Positions 12,149-21,707 of a stretch of DNA of 64,000 nucleotides are shown here, piece by piece. This DNA is from Candidatus Pacearchaeota archaeon (lineage in GTDB: Archaea > Nanobdellota > Nanobdellia > Pacearchaeales > GW2011-AR1), in contig JBBDJQ010000001.1 in the NCBI GenBank assembly GCA_040879765.1, positions 333 to 64,332 on the forward strand, in the 5' to 3' direction. The notes under the pieces were generated by a model, which saw only the letters and a program-made list of their open reading frames with translations, did no database searches and was not told the origin of the DNA. The stretch's first letter is position 1; each line of letters opens with the position of its first letter. The translations under genes and the position numbers were made by a program.

Positions 12149-12709
12149 ATGATTTCTATAAAAAACCAAAGAGCGCAACTACAGATGTCTGTGGGAACAA
12201 TTGTTACAATCGTTCTTCTTATGACTGTTTTAATTTTAGGCTTGGTTTTGACAAGAACTATTTTCACGAGTTCTGTTGAAAACATAAATTCCATAGACCA
12301 GTCTGTTAAGAATGAAATTAATAAGTTGTTCTCTGAAGATGATTCAAGGGAATTGATTATTTACCCCCCAACGAGAAATATTCAGGTTGAAAATGGAGAA
12401 CAGGGGGGTTTTGGCTTCTCTATAAGGAATATTGAAAGTTCAGATAGGATTTTTAATTATGATGTGACTCATAGCAGTAATTCTTGTGGAATTACTCCTT
12501 CGGCTGCACAGAATTTAATGGTCCTTGGACAAAGTGGAAGCGGAATAAACATTAGGTCTGGAAATTCTCTTGATAATCCAATCCTTGTAAGATTTGATAT
12601 TGGGCAAGCAGTTCCTGTTTGTAGTATAAGGTATAACCTTCAAGTAAGTGATCAAAGTGGATCAAACTTGGAAACTGTAAGTATTGATTTGAAAATAACT
12701 CCAAATTAA
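12149..12709 (+). CDS. pilin-like protein with class III signal peptide
   Basis: RAQLQMSVGTIVTIVLLMTVLILGL N-terminus; beta-rich domain with a Cys pair. Confidence 0.7.
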   Translation: MISIKNQRAQLQMSVGTIVTIVLLMTVLILGLVLTRTIFTSSVENINSIDQSVKNEINKLFSEDDSRELIIYPPTRNIQVENGEQGGFGFSIRNIESSDRIFNYDVTHSSNSCGITPSAAQNLMVLGQSGSGINIRSGNSLDNPILVRFDIGQAVPVCSIRYNLQVSDQSGSNLETVSIDLKITPN

Positions 12710-12741
12710 AAATTTAAAAAATCTTTTTTCTTTCGTTATTA

Positions 12742-14106
12742 ATGAATTTAAAAATCTATAATACTTTATCTAGAAAAAAAGAATCATTCAAACCCATAAA
12801 TAAAAACTCAGTTGGAATTTATTCTTGTGGCCCAACCGTTTACTGGTATCAACATATAGGGAATATGAGAACTTACATTATGAATGATGTTTTGAAAAGA
12901 ATTCTTTTGTATGGAGGTTATAGGGTAAAACATGTCATGAATTATACTGATGTTGGACACCTTACAAGTGATGCAGATGAAGGAGAGGATAAAATAGAAA
13001 AAGCTGCAAAGAAAGAAGGCAAAAATGCCAAAGACATTGCAGAATATTATAGGAAATTTTTTGAAAAAGAAGCTAAAGAATTGAACATAATCCGGCCAGA
13101 TGTTACGCCAAAAGCAACAGAACACATAAAAGAACAGATTAAACTTATAAAAATTCTTGAGAAAAAAGGGTTTGCATATAAGGCTTCTGATGGGATTTAT
13201 TTTGACAGTTCTAAAATAAAAAACTATGGGAAACTTGGGAGAATTAACAAAGAAGAAATAAAAGCTGGAAAAAGAATTGCTGTTAAAGAAAAAAAGAATA
13301 AGACAGATTTTGCTTTATGGAAATTCTCAGATTCAAAAGAAAAAAGACAGCAAGAATGGAAATCACCTTGGGGGATTGGATTTCCTGGATGGCACATAGA
13401 ATGCTCTGCCATGTCTATGAAATACCTTGGTTCCCATTTTGACATACATACAGGGGGAATGGACCATATCCCAGTCCATCATACAAATGAAATCGCTCAA
13501 TCAGAATCTGTAACTGGGAAAAAATTTGTAAATTATTGGATTCACGGGGCGATGTTGAACTTTAAGGGAGAAAAAATAAGTAAAAGCTCTGGTGGACTTT
13601 ACACAGTTACAGAATTAGAAAAAAAAGGATTTAACCCTTTGGATTTAAGGTATCTTTACCTAACTACACATTATAGGAAACCTTTAGAATTTAGTTTAGA
13701 AAATCTAGAATATGCAAAGAAATCTCTTGGCAGAATAAAAAATATAATTTCTAAATTAAAGGATGAAAAAGGGTCAAATAAGAGATATTTAAAAGAATTT
13801 GAAAAATCGATAAATGAAGATTTAAACATGCCAGAGGCTTTACAGGTTTTGTGGAGGCTTTTGAGAGATGAGGGAGCAAAAAGAAAATCCCATACAATAA
13901 AGGAAATGGACAAAGTTCTTGGATTGGATTTATTAAAAAATGATGAATTAAAGATTCCAGAGAAAATTAAAAAAATAGCTGAAAAAAGAAAGATTGTAAG
14001 AAAAGAAAAAGATTGGAAAGAATCTGATAAGTTAAGGGATGAAATTAATTCTTTGGGATATTTAATAGAAGATAATGGAGACAGTTATTTGTTGAAAACA
14101 AAATGA
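12742..14106 (+). CDS. cysS: cysteine--tRNA ligase
   Basis: CGPTVY, HIGN, PGWHIECSAM, HH.NE, KISKS. Confidence 0.98.
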   Translation: MNLKIYNTLSRKKESFKPINKNSVGIYSCGPTVYWYQHIGNMRTYIMNDVLKRILLYGGYRVKHVMNYTDVGHLTSDADEGEDKIEKAAKKEGKNAKDIAEYYRKFFEKEAKELNIIRPDVTPKATEHIKEQIKLIKILEKKGFAYKASDGIYFDSSKIKNYGKLGRINKEEIKAGKRIAVKEKKNKTDFALWKFSDSKEKRQQEWKSPWGIGFPGWHIECSAMSMKYLGSHFDIHTGGMDHIPVHHTNEIAQSESVTGKKFVNYWIHGAMLNFKGEKISKSSGGLYTVTELEKKGFNPLDLRYLYLTTHYRKPLEFSLENLEYAKKSLGRIKNIISKLKDEKGSNKRYLKEFEKSINEDLNMPEALQVLWRLLRDEGAKRKSHTIKEMDKVLGLDLLKNDELKIPEKIKKIAEKRKIVRKEKDWKESDKLRDEINSLGYLIEDNGDSYLLKTK

Positions 14107-14573
14107 TTTCTAGATACAGGAAATCAGTATTCATGGTTGCTTATGGAGAGAGCGAGAGTAAAATAAAATATTTGATTTTGAAAAGAAGATTTCATTGGAG
14201 AGGTTGGGAATTTCCAAAAGGAGGGGTTGATTTTCCAGAAAGCAAAAAACATGCTGTTAAAAGAGAAATAATGGAAGAAACAGGGCAAAAAACCCTGAAA
14301 GTAAAGGAGTTTAATTTCCATGGAAAATATAATTATAAAAGAAAGTTCCCAGATAGGAAAGATTTTCTAGGGCAGAAATTTTCACTATATGCAGTAGAAA
14401 TCCCATATGGAAAAATAAAAATAGATGAAAATGAGCATTCAAAGTATATTTGGCTAGAGTATGAAGAAGCTAGAAAAAAAATTACATTTAGGAATCAAAA
14501 AAAATGCTTAGAAATTGTGCATGACTGGTTAACTAAAGACAAAGGTTTATTTAATAAAAAGCTTAGAAAATAA
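14103..14573 (+). CDS. NUDIX hydrolase
   Basis: GGVDFPESKKHAVKREIMEETG Nudix box. Confidence 0.9.
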   Translation: MISRYRKSVFMVAYGESESKIKYLILKRRFHWRGWEFPKGGVDFPESKKHAVKREIMEETGQKTLKVKEFNFHGKYNYKRKFPDRKDFLGQKFSLYAVEIPYGKIKIDENEHSKYIWLEYEEARKKITFRNQKKCLEIVHDWLTKDKGLFNKKLRK

Positions 14574-14574
14574 A

Positions 14575-14949
14575 ATGAATTTTAGAAAAATTGAGTTAAA
14601 TGGTATTAGACTTTTTCTTGGAAGAAATGCTGAAAATAATGATGAATTGATGAGAAAATTCAAAGATAAGAAAAATACCATTCTTCATACTGAGGCTTCT
14701 GGAAGCCCTTTCTGTGTTATTGAAAAATTAAAACCTTCAAAAGAAGAGATTTATAGTGCGGGAAGTGTTTGTGCAAAGTATAGTCAAGATTGGAGAAATA
14801 GGAAATCAGATATAGAAGTTCATATTTTTACAGGAAAAGACATTTCCAAAAGATTTTGGATGAAAAAAGGAAGTTGGAGTGTTAAAAATCTAAAAAAGAT
14901 TAAAGTTAAAAAGCAGGATATTTTGAAATTTGAAAGGAGTTTAAAATGA
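14575..14949 (+). CDS. NFACT RNA-binding domain protein
   Basis: LGRNAENND, LHT...GSPFCVI, CAKYSQDW. Confidence 0.8.
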   Translation: MNFRKIELNGIRLFLGRNAENNDELMRKFKDKKNTILHTEASGSPFCVIEKLKPSKEEIYSAGSVCAKYSQDWRNRKSDIEVHIFTGKDISKRFWMKKGSWSVKNLKKIKVKKQDILKFERSLK

Positions 14950-15194
14950 CAAGAGTAGGAAATTTGCAGATTGGAAAAAATGGAATCACAGACACATTAA
15001 TCAAATCTCTAAAAGATGGTTTCAAAAATCATGATAGTATGAGGGTTTCTGTTTTGAAAAGCTTTACGAGAGATAGAGTTAAATTTAAAGAATCTTCGGA
15101 AGAGATTCTGGATAAATTAGGGAAAAATTACACTTGTAAAAAAATAGGATTTACAATAGTCATAAAAAAATGGCGGAAGGACAAGAGGGAATGA
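14946..15194 (+). CDS. YhbY/CRM RNA-binding protein
   Basis: LQIGKNGIT...IGFTIVI. Confidence 0.8.
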   Translation: MTRVGNLQIGKNGITDTLIKSLKDGFKNHDSMRVSVLKSFTRDRVKFKESSEEILDKLGKNYTCKKIGFTIVIKKWRKDKRE

Positions 15195-15961
15195 AATTAA
15201 TAACATTGAATACCTGGGGCGGAAGAGCAGGAAAAGAAAGAATTTTAGATTTTTTTAAAAAGAATAAAAAAATAGATATCTTTTGTCTACAAGAAGTTTG
15301 GTCTGCGCCACATACTCATCTAGACGGACACGACGCAGGCGGCGTTCCTATTGATCATAATAATATTATGACTCATGGAATGCAGGATATATCAGAAACA
15401 CTTTCAGAGCATGTTGGATATTTTCGTCCACATTTCGGTGACAATTATGGTTTAATGATGTTTGTACGGAAGGGGTTAGAAGTTGTTGCTGAAGGAGAAA
15501 TATTTGTTTACAAAGAAAAGGGCTATGTTCCTGATGGAGATATCGGAAATCATGCTCGTAATATTCAATATGTCACACTTCTCATAGATGATAAGCCTGT
15601 AACGATAATCAACTTCCATGGCCTTTGGAATGGTAAAGGTAAAACTGACACAGAAGATCGCCTCAATCAGTCAAAAAATATAATTAAATTCATAAACTCC
15701 TTAAATGGCGAATGTATTCTTTGTGGAGATTTTAATTTATTACCGACCACCAAAAGCATAGAGCTCTTTGAAGGCTCTGGTTTAATTAATTTAATTAGAG
15801 AATATGATATAAAATCAACAAGAACATCACATTATGAAAAACCAGAAAAGCATGCAGATTATATTTTTATATCAAAAAATGTTAAAGTGAAAAAATTTGA
15901 GGTTCTTCCAGATGAAGTTTCTGACCATGCTCCAATTTTATTAGAATTTGATCTTGAATAA
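15191..15961 (+). CDS. endonuclease/exonuclease/phosphatase family protein
   Basis: TLN.W, CLQEV, CGDFN, DYIF, SDH; ATG overlaps the yhbY-like stop (ATGA). Confidence 0.9.
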   Translation: MKLITLNTWGGRAGKERILDFFKKNKKIDIFCLQEVWSAPHTHLDGHDAGGVPIDHNNIMTHGMQDISETLSEHVGYFRPHFGDNYGLMMFVRKGLEVVAEGEIFVYKEKGYVPDGDIGNHARNIQYVTLLIDDKPVTIINFHGLWNGKGKTDTEDRLNQSKNIIKFINSLNGECILCGDFNLLPTTKSIELFEGSGLINLIREYDIKSTRTSHYEKPEKHADYIFISKNVKVKKFEVLPDEVSDHAPILLEFDLE

Positions 15962-15996
15962 ATGAAAGTTTTATAAACTCATTTTCTTCTTTATTC

Positions 15997-16045
15997 TAGG
16001 TTAATCGCTTCGAAAGAACGATTCTAATTCCGCAAGGAATGCCTA
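15997..16045 (+). promoter_or_regulatory. structured 5' leader of rps19e (candidate r-protein leader)
   Basis: TAGG/CCTA closing stem around two GNRA hairpins, downstream of TTTTATAAA. Confidence 0.55.
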
Positions 16046-16051
16046 AATAAG

Positions 16052-16480
16052 ATGAATATATATGATGAAAATCCAGGAGAGTATAATATTAAATTAGCTG
16101 AAGCTTTGAAGAATATCCAAGAGATTGAAGCTCCAGAATGGATTGGTTTTGTTAAATCTTCTCCAAGCAAGGAAAGGCCAATAGGAGATAAAGATTTTTG
16201 GCATAAAAGGACTGCAAGTATAATGAAGCAACTCCACAAGAGGAAAGTTGTCGGTGTTGGAAGACTTAGAGTTAAATATGGGAGTAAAAAATCAAGAGGA
16301 TACAAGCCAGAAGAATTTAGAAAATCTGGGGGAAAGATAATTAGATTAATTCTTCAACAACTTGATAAAGCGGGTTTCACTGAAACAACAAAACCAATAA
16401 AAGGACTTAGGGGTAAAACTGGAAGACAATTAACTGAGAAAGGCAAAAAATTCATGGAGGATTTATCAAATGGGAATTAA
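16052..16480 (+). CDS. rps19e: 30S ribosomal protein S19e
   Basis: PEW..FVKS...KERP, W..R.ASI, SGGKIIRLILQQL. Confidence 0.95.
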   Translation: MNIYDENPGEYNIKLAEALKNIQEIEAPEWIGFVKSSPSKERPIGDKDFWHKRTASIMKQLHKRKVVGVGRLRVKYGSKKSRGYKPEEFRKSGGKIIRLILQQLDKAGFTETTKPIKGLRGKTGRQLTEKGKKFMEDLSNGN

Positions 16481-16673
16481 AAATCCAGAGAAAAAAACAA
16501 AACTTGCAAATAAAGGAAAGCAGACTAAGTGGGCTCCTGTTTGGATTGTTCTTAAAAAATTTGGGGTTGGAAAAAGAATACATCCTTCCGCAGTTACAAA
16601 GAACAGAAGAAATTGGAGAAGAACAAAATTGCATATCAAACCTAGAAAACAAAGGAAATCACACTTCGGATAG
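16470..16673 (+). CDS. rpl39e: 50S ribosomal protein L39e (extended)
   Basis: KQ...APVW...K, RRNWRRTKL; position between S19e and L31e. Confidence 0.9.
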   Translation: MGIKNPEKKTKLANKGKQTKWAPVWIVLKKFGVGKRIHPSAVTKNRRNWRRTKLHIKPRKQRKSHFG

Positions 16674-16710
16674 AGATTAGCCATACGCCTCTCTACAAAT
16701 AGTAAACAAA

Positions 16711-17283
16711 ATGGTTGAAGAAAAGAAAGCAGAAAGATTTGAAAGAGAATATGTTATACCTCTTAGAGACAAATGGAAAAGAGTTCCAAGATATAAGAGA
16801 GCAAATAAAGCCATAAAGGCAATAAAAGAATTTTTAGCCAAACATATGAAGACAGAAAATAGGGATTTGAAATTGGTTAAGCTTGACAAATTCATAAACG
16901 AACAGGTTTGGTTCAGAGGAATAAAAAAACCTCCTGCAAGAATAAAAGTTAAAGTTATCAAGGAAAGTAATGGAGAAGTTAGAGCAGAGTTGGTTGATTA
17001 TCCTGAAAAGTTGAAATTCAAGAAAGCAAGAGAGGAAAAAAGAATTTCTCAAGCTAAAGAAACTGCCGAATCTAAAAAGGAGGCAAAGTCTTTAACAGAG
17101 CAAAAGGAAGAAAAGACTGAAGAGGAAAAAACTGAAGAAAAAATAGAAGAAATTGAAAAGAAATCAGCTGTTGTAGAATCTGGAAGGGATATGGGAAAAC
17201 AAATTGCAAAACAATCTAAACATCAAACTAAGGAAAAAGTAAAACAACCAAAAAGACAACAAAGAAAGGCTTTAGCTAAATAA
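16711..17283 (+). CDS. rpl31e: 50S ribosomal protein L31e with a charged C-terminal extension
   Basis: EREYVIPLR, RANKAIKAIKEF, INE.VW.RGIKKPP. Confidence 0.95.
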   Translation: MVEEKKAERFEREYVIPLRDKWKRVPRYKRANKAIKAIKEFLAKHMKTENRDLKLVKLDKFINEQVWFRGIKKPPARIKVKVIKESNGEVRAELVDYPEKLKFKKAREEKRISQAKETAESKKEAKSLTEQKEEKTEEEKTEEKIEEIEKKSAVVESGRDMGKQIAKQSKHQTKEKVKQPKRQQRKALAK

Positions 17284-17598
17284 TTACTTTTTATCAAACC
17301 TATCCTTATCTCTTCCGTAGCATTTATCCATCTTACCTTTCCAAGCTTTTTCCAAATCTATATTATTTGAATTTGCCATACAAGTTAAATTAAAAATTAT
17401 ATCTGCAATTTCTTCAGACATCTCATTAGTATCTTCAGGGGATTTTTTATTTCTTGGCCCAAATCGATTATTAATTTCTTTTGCAAGTTCTCCAACTTCT
17501 TCAGTTATTGCTGACATAATTTCAAGAGGTTTGAAGTACCCTAATTTATATTGGCTAACCCAACTTTCAACATCTTTTTGGACATCTTTTAGAGACAT
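17284..17598 (-). CDS. MazG-like nucleotide pyrophosphohydrolase
   Basis: EEVGELA...EEIAD motif, RDKDR C-terminus. Confidence 0.88.
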   Translation of the reverse strand: MSLKDVQKDVESWVSQYKLGYFKPLEIMSAITEEVGELAKEINNRFGPRNKKSPEDTNEMSEEIADIIFNLTCMANSNNIDLEKAWKGKMDKCYGRDKDRFDKK

Positions 17599-17616
17599 GC
17601 AATAAACAGGATTTCA

Positions 17617-18249
17617 CTATTTTAATATTTTTCCTGTTTCTTCATACCAAAGATATAAGTCTAATTCTCCAAGAGAAGTTTTAGTTTTTTCTGCTAATTC
17701 TTTTAAGATATTTTCAATTTCGATATATCTTTTAAGAGTTAGAGATTTATTTTTTGGTTTTTCTATTAAACCCTCTCTTGCGAGCAAATCAACTATGTGG
17801 AAATCTATGATTGCGACATTTTTGTATCCAATATTTCTTAGAAAGTGGCTTGCTTCCTTGAATCCAATTCCTTTTATATTTTCATTTATCCAATCTCTCA
17901 TTTGAGATTCATTTTCAAAAGAAGAAAGAGTTTCCTTTATGTTGTCTTTATGTTTTCTTGCTTCAAAAATAAATCCTGCGCGAGCATTTGGAAATCTATG
18001 CCCAAGCTCAGAGAGTTTTTTTGCCAAGTCTTCTTCTGAAAGGTGTAAAAATCCGTCACCTATTGCATTTTGAATCTTTATTCCTCCATGTGCAGAAAAA
18101 TTTGCTGTGAGAAAACAAAAACATAATTCTTTGAAAATTTCCTCGCTGTTTAAATTTCCTAAATCTTCAAATTCATGCATTCGAGAATCAACAATTTCTT
18201 TAATCTCTGAATTTCTCAGTTTTTCCACTAAATTTATTAGAGTTTTCAT
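17617..18249 (-). CDS. ogg: 8-oxoguanine DNA glycosylase/AP lyase (Ogg2 type)
   Basis: ELCFC.LTAN, HRFP, KGIGFKEASHFLRN, AIIDFH, LDLYLW...TGKILK; likely ATG at 18249. Confidence 0.93.
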   Translation of the reverse strand: MKTLINLVEKLRNSEIKEIVDSRMHEFEDLGNLNSEEIFKELCFCFLTANFSAHGGIKIQNAIGDGFLHLSEEDLAKKLSELGHRFPNARAGFIFEARKHKDNIKETLSSFENESQMRDWINENIKGIGFKEASHFLRNIGYKNVAIIDFHIVDLLAREGLIEKPKNKSLTLKRYIEIENILKELAEKTKTSLGELDLYLWYEETGKILK

Positions 18250-18857
18250 CTTATTTTGCTTATCTTCTTTAGAATTTCCTCTTTTTCTTTTCTGCTCGTA
18301 TAAGTTTTCCCAAATCTTACTAAATTTGAATTTACAAAATTCCAATTTCTTTTTGAAAATAAGCTCTTCAAATCTTTTTCTATTTTCCTTGGATTGCTGT
18401 TTTTCGTCCAATTTAGTTTTTGAGAAATTTGTGAAACATGGGTGTCCACACCAATTCCGGGGATCCCAGATTCAGATAAAAAAACATTGGCAGTTTTTCT
18501 TCCTACTCCTGGCAATATAATTAATTCTTCTATTGTTTCTGGAATTTTCCCCTTAAAATCAGAAATCAATTTTTTAGCGCAATTTACAACATTTTTCGAT
18601 TTAGTTTTATTGAAATTTATTGGCTTTATTATTTTCAATACTTCGCTTGATTTAGCTTTGGATAGGCTTTGTATTGAATTATATTTTGCAAAAAGTATTT
18701 TTGAGTTTGGTATGGTTACTTCATCCATTGTTTGTGCTGAAAGAACAGTTGCGATAAGTGTTTTCCAAGGTTTATCCCATGCTTCAGCTGCAAGTCTTAT
18801 GCTCTTGGTTCCTTTCTTCATAACTTTTATTTGTCTTATCGCTCTTGCTTCTTCCAT
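18246..18857 (-). CDS. nth: endonuclease III (HhH-GPD), lacking the Fe-S motif
   Basis: LSAQT.D, LPGVGRKTAN, VDTHV; no C-terminal Cys cluster. Confidence 0.9.
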   Translation of the reverse strand: MEEARAIRQIKVMKKGTKSIRLAAEAWDKPWKTLIATVLSAQTMDEVTIPNSKILFAKYNSIQSLSKAKSSEVLKIIKPINFNKTKSKNVVNCAKKLISDFKGKIPETIEELIILPGVGRKTANVFLSESGIPGIGVDTHVSQISQKLNWTKNSNPRKIEKDLKSLFSKRNWNFVNSNLVRFGKTYTSRKEKEEILKKISKIR

Positions 18858-18874
18858 GTTTTTCTAATCTGCAT

Positions 18875-19309
18875 TTAACTTAAATAGATTTTGTCTCCAA
18901 TTTTAATTTCTAATTCATCAACAAGCCATGAATTAATTTCAAGCACATATTTGGCTTCCGATTCTGGGATTATTGAAGTGCAGGTCTCAATTTCTGCACA
19001 GGGTTGTTGGTTTTTGGCAATGAAAACAACTTCGTAGTTTCCATCTATCCAAATAATATCTAAGGGAATTAACATATTTTTCATCCAAAAAGGATGGATT
19101 GATTCTTCAGGAAAAATAAAGAGCATTCCCTTGTTAGAATCTAATGAAGAGACTTCCATCAGACCACTTTGCCTTTCTTCACCATTATCTGCTATTTTTA
19201 TATCGAAGCAGTTTTTTTCAAAACAGGCTTGATTTTTGGACTCAGAAAGATTAAATGTAAATATTCCTGCAATCAACACAACCAATACTAAAGACAATTG
19301 CTTATACAT
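18875..19309 (-). CDS. DUF192 family protein
   Basis: GLM, GMLF.F, FWMKNM.IPLDIIW, YVLE. Confidence 0.9.
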   Translation of the reverse strand: MYKQLSLVLVVLIAGIFTFNLSESKNQACFEKNCFDIKIADNGEERQSGLMEVSSLDSNKGMLFIFPEESIHPFWMKNMLIPLDIIWIDGNYEVVFIAKNQQPCAEIETCTSIIPESEAKYVLEINSWLVDELEIKIGDKIYLS

Positions 19310-19343
19310 AACCTATAAAAACTGGATGCCTATAAATATTTTT

Positions 19344-20231
19344 ATGGTAGATTTAAATAAAATAAAACATGGAAAAAGTGTCTCTGAATTGTTAGAGTTT
19401 TGCATAATAAATATAGACAAGCCTCAAAAGCCTACAAGTTTTTCTGTTTCCGATTTAGTCAGAAAAATGTTAAAAGAATTAGGAGTTAGAAAGACCAGCC
19501 ATTTTGGGACTCTTGATCCCAAAGTTACAGGAGTTCTTCCAATTGCAATTAATCGTGCTTGTAAGCTTACCGGTTTTTTCATAGGAGAGGACAAGGAATA
19601 TGTTGGAGTTATGAGAGTTCATGAAGATCTTTCAATTAAAGAAATTCAGGAAAAGATAGATAAGAAATTTCTTGGAAAAATTAAGCAAACCCCGCCAGTT
19701 AAATCACGTGTTAAAAGACAAGAAAGGGAAAGAGAAATTAAGAGTTTTAAATTAATTGAAAAGGAAGGCAAGGATTTTCTTTTCCATGCTGAAGTCCAAG
19801 GTGGAACCTATATAAGAAAATTAATTGATGATTTAGGAAAGGATTTAGGAGTTGGGGCACACATGCTTGAGCTTAGAAGGGTTAGGGCTGGAATTTTCAA
19901 AGAAGATGATAAAATATTTCCATCAGTAAACTTATATGATTTTGAAAAAGCAGTTGAAGAAGCAAAGAAAGGAAATGAGGAATTATTGAGAGAGATTGTA
20001 ATTCCTGGAGAGATTGTATCTCAGGTTTATCCTCTAGTTTTTGTTAAAAATGAAATTGTGGAAAAACTTCTTACAGGAAAAGTTATTTTGAAAGAATATT
20101 TGAAAAATGAAAAAGAAAAGTTTGAAAAAGATTCAATTGTTTGCGTTTTTAATGAAAATAAATTCATTGAGATGGCAAAAGTAATGGATGAAAAATATGT
20201 TTTTGCTAAGCCTCTTTTTGTTTTGAATTAG
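19344..20231 (+). CDS. cbf5: pseudouridine synthase Cbf5/TruB
   Basis: IDKP, HFGTLDPKVTGVLP, Q.PP..S.VKR, GTYIRKL. Confidence 0.93.
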   Translation: MVDLNKIKHGKSVSELLEFCIINIDKPQKPTSFSVSDLVRKMLKELGVRKTSHFGTLDPKVTGVLPIAINRACKLTGFFIGEDKEYVGVMRVHEDLSIKEIQEKIDKKFLGKIKQTPPVKSRVKRQEREREIKSFKLIEKEGKDFLFHAEVQGGTYIRKLIDDLGKDLGVGAHMLELRRVRAGIFKEDDKIFPSVNLYDFEKAVEEAKKGNEELLREIVIPGEIVSQVYPLVFVKNEIVEKLLTGKVILKEYLKNEKEKFEKDSIVCVFNENKFIEMAKVMDEKYVFAKPLFVLN

Positions 20232-20629
20232 TTCGATGCATCTTCTCCAAATCTTTTGTAAAATTCATTTCCAAGATATTCAAATCCCAAGGCATCTGGA
20301 ATTCGTTTTAAAACCCCTCTATAGATTCCTTCATTTTTGTTAAAGTGATACTTTGTAAAGAAGACTCCAAATTCGAAATCCATACATGCCCGAGAAACAA
20401 GATTTGTGAGAGCTTGAGACATGTCTGGGGAAGCAAATCCAAAAGGGGTGTCAAAGAATTTTATATCCCCTAAAATTAAAGGAAAGTTTCCAGATTCTTG
20501 ATGATCAAAGAAAAAATCAAAAAATTGGTCTCCATCAAATAACAAAGAGGGTTTTTCATTTTGAGAATTGTAAAGCACTCCTATCAAAACATCCTCACAT
20601 CTTCTAGCAGCCTCCATATCATTTTTCAT
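20228..20629 (-). CDS. hypothetical protein
   Basis: ORF; likely ATG at 20629. Confidence 0.55.
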   Translation of the reverse strand: MKNDMEAARRCEDVLIGVLYNSQNEKPSLLFDGDQFFDFFFDHQESGNFPLILGDIKFFDTPFGFASPDMSQALTNLVSRACMDFEFGVFFTKYHFNKNEGIYRGVLKRIPDALGFEYLGNEFYKRFGEDASN

Positions 20630-20686
20630 AAATTTTATGATTCTTTTTCTTATAAAAGGATTTATATAATTTTTACTCCAATCTAG

Positions 20687-21274
20687 ATGATGAGACACAT
20701 AGTTTATTTTTCAAAAACAGCCTCTACTTCAGGTAAAGCATTATCTCAAGGAAATTTAATGAAAGCTGGAAGAATGGACATAGCCATTCATTCGATTATC
20801 TCAGGTTTATTTTTATCTCATGATTTCAGAAAAGATACAAAAATTCATTTAATTTTTTATGGGCAACCAGACCCTCCAAGACATATAGAAATTGAAATGA
20901 ATGAAGAATTGCATCTGAGTAAAAAAGATGTTGGAGGTTTGATTAAAAAAATTCTTTATAAATATAAGGAAGGAGAAAAAACTGAGGTGTTCAAAGGTTG
21001 TTTTATTGAAAAGAAAAGTTTTCTTAAGGTCCTTGAAGAATTAGATAAAAAAGATGGTCAAATTTTCATACTTGATAAAAAGGGGGAGGATATAAGGAAA
21101 GCAGAAATAAAAGATGGTTGTGTTTTTGTTCTGGGAGACCATGAAGGTTTGCCTAAAAAAGAAATAAAGAGATTAAAAGGAATTTCCGAAAAAGTTTCTG
21201 TTGGTCCAAAAACTTATTTTGCAAGTCAAACAATTTCCATAGTAAATAATGAATTAGATAGGAGAGGGATTTAA
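20687..21274 (+). CDS. trmY: tRNA (pseudouridine-54-N1) methyltransferase (SPOUT)
   Basis: GRMD, FLSH..R.D, G.PDPP, FVLGDH.G, SVGP. Confidence 0.88.
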   Translation: MMRHIVYFSKTASTSGKALSQGNLMKAGRMDIAIHSIISGLFLSHDFRKDTKIHLIFYGQPDPPRHIEIEMNEELHLSKKDVGGLIKKILYKYKEGEKTEVFKGCFIEKKSFLKVLEELDKKDGQIFILDKKGEDIRKAEIKDGCVFVLGDHEGLPKKEIKRLKGISEKVSVGPKTYFASQTISIVNNELDRRGI

Positions 21275-21304
21275 CCCCTCCTACCTGGAAGAAGTTTTAA
21301 AGAA

Positions 21305-21544
21305 TTAGCATTCCTTACAAAAAGACCAATAATCTTTTCTAGAAATCATGCCCTGGTATGAAAATAATCCTTCTTCTATTTTTTTCATGAAATAAAAATC
21401 AGGAAATTCCTCGTTCGTTCTTTCAGATTGTGTTAGGGGCCTTGAATAAGCAACAAATTTTTGGCCCTCTGATTCTGTCTCTCCAACTTTTGCAAGTTCT
21501 CCCAAATCTTTATCCTTGACTAACTGCCCTCTTTCCAAATCCAT
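21305..21544 (-). CDS. hypothetical protein
   Basis: ORF; likely ATG at 21544. Confidence 0.5.
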   Translation of the reverse strand: MDLERGQLVKDKDLGELAKVGETESEGQKFVAYSRPLTQSERTNEEFPDFYFMKKIEEGLFSYQGMISRKDYWSFCKEC

Positions 21545-21707
21545 CTTTTTTGTAAATATAAACTCCTCAGGTTTAAGAGGAGACAATGTTATTAGATTAA
21601 TTATTTCACGAATTCCTATTATAAAGCGATTATGAAAAAACATACCAGACGTGGAATATGGAAAATTGTTTCATAAGCTTTTTAAACAAAACTCGTTTTC
21701 TCGAGGA

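Noticed and set aside
17617-18411. Long N-terminal extensions of Ogg, FtsZ, Cbf5 and L1 in the ORF track
   Set aside because: Artefacts of the most-upstream start choice; downstream ATGs match family starts and promoter or SD positions.
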